Source of the DNA: Thermodesulfobacteriota bacterium
Lineage (GTDB): Bacteria; Desulfobacterota_D; UBA1144
NCBI GenBank assembly: GCA_036340075.1
Contig: JAYYZJ010000006.1
Span: forward strand, 1 to 22,915
Reading direction: 5' to 3'
DNA: 22,915 nt
Part shown: piece after piece, positions 16,986-22,915 of the stretch
Layout of the letters: each line of letters opens with the position of its first letter
How positions within the stretch are numbered: position 1 is the stretch's first letter
Position numbers and translations under genes: made by a program
Notes under the pieces: generated by a model
Databases searched by the model: none
Seen by the model: the letters and a program-made list of their open reading frames with translations, nothing else
What the model was told of the DNA's origin: nothing

Positions 16986-18710
16986 CTAATAATTAATTCC
17001 TTCAATAAGTTCGGAAGACGATAAAAGCCTTAATGTGCAAATTTTTTTAAAGACACATTTTTCTATTGGTATCTCTTTAAAATAAAGTTTTCCTGTAAAT
17101 CTTTTTTTTAAATCTAACCATAAATTCTCATCTCTAATTACATAAATAACTTCTTTGTTCAGCTGACCGGATTTCAAAATTGAATTGAGTTGGATTTTTT
17201 CATTTTGAAGTTGATCTCGGTTTATTCTTGCGAAATAGCCTGCATTAATTTTTAATTCATTTTTGGCAGCAAAATAAGTTAGTCTAAAAATATTTTCATC
17301 CGTAGGAATAACCTCGGGATAAATCATATTAATCTCTTTATAATTGTCAGCAATCTTTTTCCAAAAAATACTATATTCAGTCTTTTCTAAATCCAAATGC
17401 GCCCTATTGTAATTTGAACTTAATGCAAATCTTTCCTTAATCATATAAATATTTTCTTTTGTATCGTACAAATGAAAAGAAATGGCAAAAATTAGTAGTA
17501 ATATAGCAAATCTTCTAGGATAGAATTTAGCTATACCTAGGAATATAAAACAATAAATCAAATAGTAGTTTATCCAAAAGAATCTTCCAGATGCACGAAA
17601 ATTTGATAAATACGATGTAAGTTCTGAACTAATTCCAAAAAAATAAGCATTCTCTCCGACCCCTACATGATTGCTAATAGCCATCAAAGAGACCATTAAC
17701 ATCATAATCAATATTACAATCGTTTTTTTTCTATTTTCTTTAAGTAGAGAAATTAATTTGTCAATTTTAAATAGCGCAAAAGGAACAAGGATCAACAAGC
17801 CTAATCCTAAGTAATTAAAACCCTCGTAATCAGCATAAAATTTTTCAAGTGGTCTAGTGGGTAGATTTGGTAATATGCTTGACCACTCAGAGAAATGAAT
17901 TCCTGAGGGATTAATTAAAGAATTGAGATTCATTGAATAATATCCATATCCACCACTAATGCCCCCTGAATCAGCAGAAAAGTATCCTAGAACAAACATC
18001 AGAGCTAGCATTGAAAAGTAAACATAAAATATTTTAAAGCTATCCAAATTTAATTTAATTTTGTTTTTTATAATTAAGTCAGTACTAAACAAGATAAGGC
18101 TAAACATAAATAAATATCCATGAACCAATAACGAAAGCGCTAAATTAATCGACCAAACCTTATAACAAAAGTTTTTTCTCAATAAAAGATATATAGAAAA
18201 CAACAACAACCATTGTGCTAATAGACCAATATGTGGAATGTAGACTCTATGTAAAAATACTGGGCTTGTGACAAAAAGCACAGTCATGAGTGAAATAAGA
18301 ATCTTATCATTGGTAAAAATTTCCAAGATTTTCTTAGAAAAATAACAATGAAGAAAAATAGAAGAGTAAATCCATATACCATAGTATTGAAAATCGTATG
18401 GTAAATAATTAGAAAATGGTTTAAATATTAGTGCAAAAAGTGGTATTGATCCTGAGAATACGATATTGGACCCACCGTCAAGACCATAGCCAGGAGTGGA
18501 AAAAAAAGGAAGTTGAAAAAAAGGTGCGCTCTTAAAAAAGACCCAGCCTAGCCAAGTAAATGCAAGGTCAGAAATACCAGAAAAATCTAATATCCAATCT
18601 ACATTTAAAGGATTAACAATAGCTAATGGTGCTAGAATAAAAAAACCCAAAAAGCTAATCAACACGGTATCTATATTTGACTTAATAAAATTGACTAGAT
18701 CCTTGGACAT
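16986..18710 (-). CDS. Polytopic membrane protein, DUF6311-like, probable GT-C-fold glycosyltransferase
   Basis: Many TM segments; SIPLFALIFK, YEGFNYLGLG, FRASGRFFW, NAGYFAR motifs. Confidence 0.7.
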   Translation of the reverse strand: MSKDLVNFIKSNIDTVLISFLGFFILAPLAIVNPLNVDWILDFSGISDLAFTWLGWVFFKSAPFFQLPFFSTPGYGLDGGSNIVFSGSIPLFALIFKPFSNYLPYDFQYYGIWIYSSIFLHCYFSKKILEIFTNDKILISLMTVLFVTSPVFLHRVYIPHIGLLAQWLLLFSIYLLLRKNFCYKVWSINLALSLLVHGYLFMFSLILFSTDLIIKNKIKLNLDSFKIFYVYFSMLALMFVLGYFSADSGGISGGYGYYSMNLNSLINPSGIHFSEWSSILPNLPTRPLEKFYADYEGFNYLGLGLLILVPFALFKIDKLISLLKENRKKTIVILIMMLMVSLMAISNHVGVGENAYFFGISSELTSYLSNFRASGRFFWINYYLIYCFIFLGIAKFYPRRFAILLLIFAISFHLYDTKENIYMIKERFALSSNYNRAHLDLEKTEYSIFWKKIADNYKEINMIYPEVIPTDENIFRLTYFAAKNELKINAGYFARINRDQLQNEKIQLNSILKSGQLNKEVIYVIRDENLWLDLKKRFTGKLYFKEIPIEKCVFKKICTLRLLSSSELIEGINY

Positions 18711-18821
18711 AATAGCGAACTCTAATCAATAGTATAGTTCAACATTTATTGATTTAAACCATTATGTATATTTTAAGAAGACTTTAATTTATAATGAATC
18801 ATAAGATTCTGGGGCATTGAT

Positions 18822-19547
18822 TTGAAACCAAAAAAGCTACATTTTCAAGACACTTTTTATTCAAAAATCTATAAAGAATATCTTTATAAAGGAACAAGGG
18901 GCTTATTATTTGACATTAATCACAAGTTGATGGAGTACTCGGTAAAACCAAAAGAAAATGTAAATTCTTTAGATATTGGCGGTGGAGCGTTACAGCATTT
19001 CCCTTATATGAACAAAGATCAGATGAGAAACTACAGTGTCTATGATTATGAATATTTAAAAGAAGGATTCTTAAGCTCTGATTTAGTTAAAAACGAAAAC
19101 GATATACAATGTAATTTTTTTTCAATAGAGAATAATTCTGAGCTTCTTTCGAAAAAAGGAACATTTTCTCGAATAATTGCTTCCCATGTTTTAGAACATT
19201 TAGAAAAACCAGAAGAAGCAATAATTGAATGGGTAGAGCTTTTGTCAGATGATGGGATAATCTCAATCAGCATACCTGCGGATCCCGGATTGTTTTGGAA
19301 AATAGGTCAGCTAATTAGTTTTAATAAATTTTCGAAACTTAATAAGTGCGATTATGAGGAATTCGAAATGTGGAACGCTAGACAGCATATCAACTCAGGG
19401 CAAAGAATAACAAGGATAATTAACTACTATTTTTCGAAAAAGCAATCATACGGTTTCCCTGCAATTTATCCATCTTATAATTTTAATTTATTTCTCTTCT
19501 TTCAATTAAGGAAATCTGATTTTATTTATTCTAGGACGGAACAATAA
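18822..19547 (+). CDS. Class I SAM-dependent methyltransferase
   Basis: LDIGGG motif I, IIASHVLEHL, G...ISIPADPG; TTG start. Confidence 0.85.
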   Translation: MKPKKLHFQDTFYSKIYKEYLYKGTRGLLFDINHKLMEYSVKPKENVNSLDIGGGALQHFPYMNKDQMRNYSVYDYEYLKEGFLSSDLVKNENDIQCNFFSIENNSELLSKKGTFSRIIASHVLEHLEKPEEAIIEWVELLSDDGIISISIPADPGLFWKIGQLISFNKFSKLNKCDYEEFEMWNARQHINSGQRITRIINYYFSKKQSYGFPAIYPSYNFNLFLFFQLRKSDFIYSRTEQ

Positions 19548-19553
19548 TTAGTA

Positions 19554-20456
19554 CTATAATTTTGAAAGGTTTTTTAAGAATTTTATCCTAGAATTTAGTT
19601 CGCTTTTTCTAACAGTAAGCAATCTCTCAACACCAAATTTTTCTATAGTGAATGATGATAAAGCCGAAGCATAAACCATGCTCTCCAATATATGCTTTTG
19701 AGTAACAGTCTTTACATTATCTAAATAGCTAAAGAGTGCCCCGGCATAACTGTCTCCAGCTCCAGTTGGGTCAACAACATCACAAAAGGGATAGCTTGGA
19801 ATCCATTTGATAGTTTGATTAGAAAAAAGCATAGAGCCTGCACTTCCTCTTTTTATAATCAAAAACCTAATTTTATATTTTTTTCTTAATACTTTTAGGC
19901 AACCTTCTAATGAATTTTTCTTTCCAATTAATCTTAATTCTAATTCATTAATTGTTAGTATGTCTACGCGTTTTAGAATTTTATCCAATTCTCTTTTTTT
20001 AGAATTTATCCAGAAATTCATTGTATCCATTCCAACTATTCTTGGCTTAGGGTATAAATCGAGAACTTTGTTTTGTAATGATGGATCTATGTTGGCAAGA
20101 AAAAGTATGGATCCATTAGAGTATGATTTTGGTATTTCTGGAGCAAAATGTTCAAAAACATTTAATTTAGTAAATTTTGTTTCAGGATCTTCGGAGAATG
20201 TGTTATATACTCCACCCCAACTAAATGTATTGCCATTCTCTACTTTTAGTCCATCAGTGTTAATTTTTTTATTATTCAAAAGCTTTAATGTTCTTTTAGG
20301 GAAATCTCGACCAACAACAGAAATTATTTTTGTTTTTGATTTTAGACTAGCAGCAAGAGAAAAATATATACATGATCCGCCTATTATTTTTCTTCTAAAG
20401 CCTCTGGGCGTTCGTATGTCATCAAAAGCAGATGTCCCAACTACTATAATACTCAT
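19554..20456 (-). CDS. PfkB-family carbohydrate/nucleoside kinase
   Basis: IGGSCIY, FLANIDP, DTMNFWI, VVDPTGAGDSYAG; ATGA-type overlap with mtnP. Confidence 0.9.
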   Translation of the reverse strand: MSIIVVGTSAFDDIRTPRGFRRKIIGGSCIYFSLAASLKSKTKIISVVGRDFPKRTLKLLNNKKINTDGLKVENGNTFSWGGVYNTFSEDPETKFTKLNVFEHFAPEIPKSYSNGSILFLANIDPSLQNKVLDLYPKPRIVGMDTMNFWINSKKRELDKILKRVDILTINELELRLIGKKNSLEGCLKVLRKKYKIRFLIIKRGSAGSMLFSNQTIKWIPSYPFCDVVDPTGAGDSYAGALFSYLDNVKTVTQKHILESMVYASALSSFTIEKFGVERLLTVRKSELNSRIKFLKNLSKL

Positions 20457-21313
20457 GACAATAAATATCTCCTGATTATCGCTGACAGTTTTTCTTTTGA
20501 TTCTTCTGAAATTGAGTGAATAGAGCTAATAATTGATGATTTAAGAGCATTTGCAATATAATCGTCTTTCTCCCTAGGAATACTATTTAATGCTCTACTT
20601 ACCAGCAATCTGGCATTCGCTATATTCTCATTCATTGTTTTCACAACTTCTTCTACGGTTACAGATTCATGTTCTTTGTGCCAACAATCATAATCTGTAC
20701 TTAATGCAATTGTTGAATAGCACATTTCAGCCTCCCTTGCTAGTTTGGCCTCAGGCATATTGGTCATTCCAATCACATCAACTCCCATACTTCGGTATAA
20801 ATTACTTTCTGCCAAAGATGAAAACTGTGGACCCTCTATGCAAAGATAAGTCCCACCAAGCTGAACATTTAAATCTAACTCTTTGCAAGAATCATATAAA
20901 ACTTTTGATAGCTTTTCGCTAACTGGCTTTGCCATTGAAACGTGTGCCACAATTCCTTCATCAAAAAAAGTACTTTTTCTGTTTTTTGTAAAATCTATAA
21001 ATTGATCAGGTATTACAATCATCCCGGGTGGGATCTCTTCTTTCATGCTGCCTACTGCACTTACTGATATAATCCAATCAATTCCTAAAAACTTTAGCGC
21101 ATAAATATTAGCTCTGTAATTTATTTCGGATGGTCCAATTAAATGTCCTCTTCCATGGCGTGATAAAAAATATATTTCAACCTCTTCTTTTGTTACTTTT
21201 AATATTGAATCTGAAGTCGGACCCCACGGGGTTTCGATATTTAGCTCTTCATGCTCACTTGGATTTTCAACATCATAAAAACCACTTCCGCCTATAATTG
21301 CTACTTTAATCAC
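20453..21313 (-). CDS. mtnP: S-methyl-5'-thioadenosine phosphorylase
   Basis: IIGGSG, RHGRGH, NYRANI, SAVGS, EGPQFS, IGMTNMPEAKLAREAE, TDYDCWH; GTG start with SD GGAGG (21324-21320). Confidence 0.94.
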   Translation of the reverse strand: MIKVAIIGGSGFYDVENPSEHEELNIETPWGPTSDSILKVTKEEVEIYFLSRHGRGHLIGPSEINYRANIYALKFLGIDWIISVSAVGSMKEEIPPGMIVIPDQFIDFTKNRKSTFFDEGIVAHVSMAKPVSEKLSKVLYDSCKELDLNVQLGGTYLCIEGPQFSSLAESNLYRSMGVDVIGMTNMPEAKLAREAEMCYSTIALSTDYDCWHKEHESVTVEEVVKTMNENIANARLLVSRALNSIPREKDDYIANALKSSIISSIHSISEESKEKLSAIIRRYLLS

Positions 21314-21386
21314 TGAATTCCTCCACTACGATTTAATTGATTATTAATTATACTATGATATATTTTTGATTCTATTATTCACTAAC

Positions 21387-22253
21387 ATGAGCATTTTAGT
21401 AAACAACGACACCAAGCTTATAGTTCAAGGTATAACTGGGAGCCAAGGTCTCTTTCATGCTACTCAGTGTAGAGAGTATGGTACAAATGTTGTCGGAGGT
21501 GTTACTCCAGGGAAAGGAGGAACCCAAGTTGAAGGTTTTGATGTTTATGATTCTGTTTCTGAAGCTAGAAGCAAAACAAATGCTAATACTAGTTTAATTT
21601 TTGTTCCTGCTGCTTTTGCACCTGATGCAATACTTGAATCAGTAGATGCTGGGATAGAGCTTGTCATTTGCATAACTGAAGGAATACCTACAAATGACAT
21701 GATTAATGTTAAAAAAGTTGTTGATAATTCTAGCTCTGTGTTAATAGGTCCTAATTGTCCAGGAGTAATTACACCGGGCCAAGCAAAAGTTGGAATTATG
21801 CCAGGCTATATCCACAAAGAAGGAAGGATTGGAATAATATCTAAAAGTGGAACTCTGACTTATGAAGCTGTATGGCAACTAACTCAACTAGAAATAGGAC
21901 AATCTAGTTGCGTGGGTATTGGCGGAGATCCAATTATTGGTTCCTCATTTATTGATATTTTAAAACTTTTTGAAGAAGATAAAGATACAGATGGAGTAAT
22001 TATGATAGGGGAAATAGGTGGAACTGCGGAGCAGGATGCTGCCTTGTGGATTAAAGACAATTTTACAAAACCTGTAGCAGCATTTATTGCAGGAGCAACT
22101 GCTCCTAAGGGAAAAAGAATGGGACATGCTGGAGCTATTGTCTCTGGAAGTTCAGGATCTGCCGAAGAAAAAAAACAAGTCTTAGAATCTGTTGGTATTA
22201 AAGTGTCACCAAGCCCAGCTGAAATGGGTGAAACATTAGCTTCTCTGCTATAA
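21387..22253 (+). CDS. sucD: Succinyl-CoA synthetase alpha subunit
   Basis: [54 protein letters not shown] (phospho-His); start moved to ATG 21387. Confidence 0.97.
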   Translation: MSILVNNDTKLIVQGITGSQGLFHATQCREYGTNVVGGVTPGKGGTQVEGFDVYDSVSEARSKTNANTSLIFVPAAFAPDAILESVDAGIELVICITEGIPTNDMINVKKVVDNSSSVLIGPNCPGVITPGQAKVGIMPGYIHKEGRIGIISKSGTLTYEAVWQLTQLEIGQSSCVGIGGDPIIGSSFIDILKLFEEDKDTDGVIMIGEIGGTAEQDAALWIKDNFTKPVAAFIAGATAPKGKRMGHAGAIVSGSSGSAEEKKQVLESVGIKVSPSPAEMGETLASLL

Positions 22254-22259
22254 AGATTT

Positions 22260-22915
22260 ATGTTTATTGATTGTCATCAAGACATAGCATACTCAATACT
22301 TTCAAACAAAAGGGATTTTGATACAAAAAATCAAAAGTATATGATTACTTTTGATAATTTAAAGAATTCAAATTTAGATATTATCTTTTCTACAATATTT
22401 GTTTCTCATAGAAGAAAAGAGAAACATAAAGAAGAAGCTAGTCTACAAATTGAAGAATACAATAAGATTTTTCAAAATTTTCCTAATGATTTTTATCATA
22501 TCAAAAATAAAGATGAATTAAGAAAACCAAAGGGAAAAATCGGTCTCATCTTTTTAATGGAGGGGGCAGAACCGATAAGTTCTTTGGAGGACATAGATTT
22601 GTTTTACGAACTAGGCTTAAGAATCTTAGGTCTTACTTGGAATAATGAAAACAAGTACGCTTTTGGCTCCGACAACGATGGTTCACTGAAAACCGATGGT
22701 TATGACTTAATTGAAAAAATGAATGAAAAAAATATAACATTAGATTTATCCCATTTGAGTGAAAAGAGTTTTTGGGATTCTATAGAGAAAACTAATTTGA
22801 TACCAATAGCCTCTCATTCTAATTCTTCAAAGATTAGAAAACATAAAAGGAATTTAAATGATAAGCAACTTGTAGCAATTTCTGATAAAGGAGGTATCAC
22901 TGGACTAGTCCTCTA
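22260..22915 (+). CDS. Membrane dipeptidase (peptidase M19), partial, runs off window end
   Basis: Hand translation MFIDCHQD...LMEGAEP...LGLTWN...LDLSHL...IASHSN...RNLND; no stop before the window end. Confidence 0.88.
   Translation, partial: MFIDCHQDIAYSILSNKRDFDTKNQKYMITFDNLKNSNLDIIFSTIFVSHRRKEKHKEEASLQIEEYNKIFQNFPNDFYHIKNKDELRKPKGKIGLIFLMEGAEPISSLEDIDLFYELGLRILGLTWNNENKYAFGSDNDGSLKTDGYDLIEKMNEKNITLDLSHLSEKSFWDSIEKTNLIPIASHSNSSKIRKHKRNLNDKQLVAISDKGGITGLVL

Overview
AT-rich, tightly packed bacterial chromosome segment with many overlapping or abutting genes. It looks like a streamlined genome with a deltaproteobacteria-like gene set (DUF1844, long HflX, fused AhbAB, mtnP-pfkB); a marine Dadabacteria-type organism is my unverified guess. 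In order it holds: a membrane-anchored hypothetical gene; initiator tRNA-Met; a seven-gene minus-strand operon (two PTPS-II genes, a PRT-FolE fusion, a sepiapterin-reductase-like SDR, ahbAB, hemA, hemC); an LLM oxidoreductase; a radical SAM gene; small hypotheticals; a Ddn-like gene; hflX; a double-MaoC dehydratase; pyrF; proS; ispG; sufT-mrp; DUF1844; a GT-C-like/methyltransferase islet; pfkB-mtnP; sucD; and a truncated M19 dipeptidase. Highlights: (1) a complete tetrahydrobiopterin-type pathway translationally coupled to siroheme-route heme genes, whose GTP cyclohydrolase I carries an N-terminal phosphoribosyltransferase-like domain; (2) hflX appears to start at a non-canonical AUA codon 129 codons upstream of the ORF-track call; (3) an unannotated small membrane ORF; (4) an Mrp/ApbC lacking its CxxC motif; (5) possible leaderless transcription, including of the A1 initiator tRNA. 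No CRISPR array, rRNA or mobile element was seen. Family assignments come from motif recall, not database searches.
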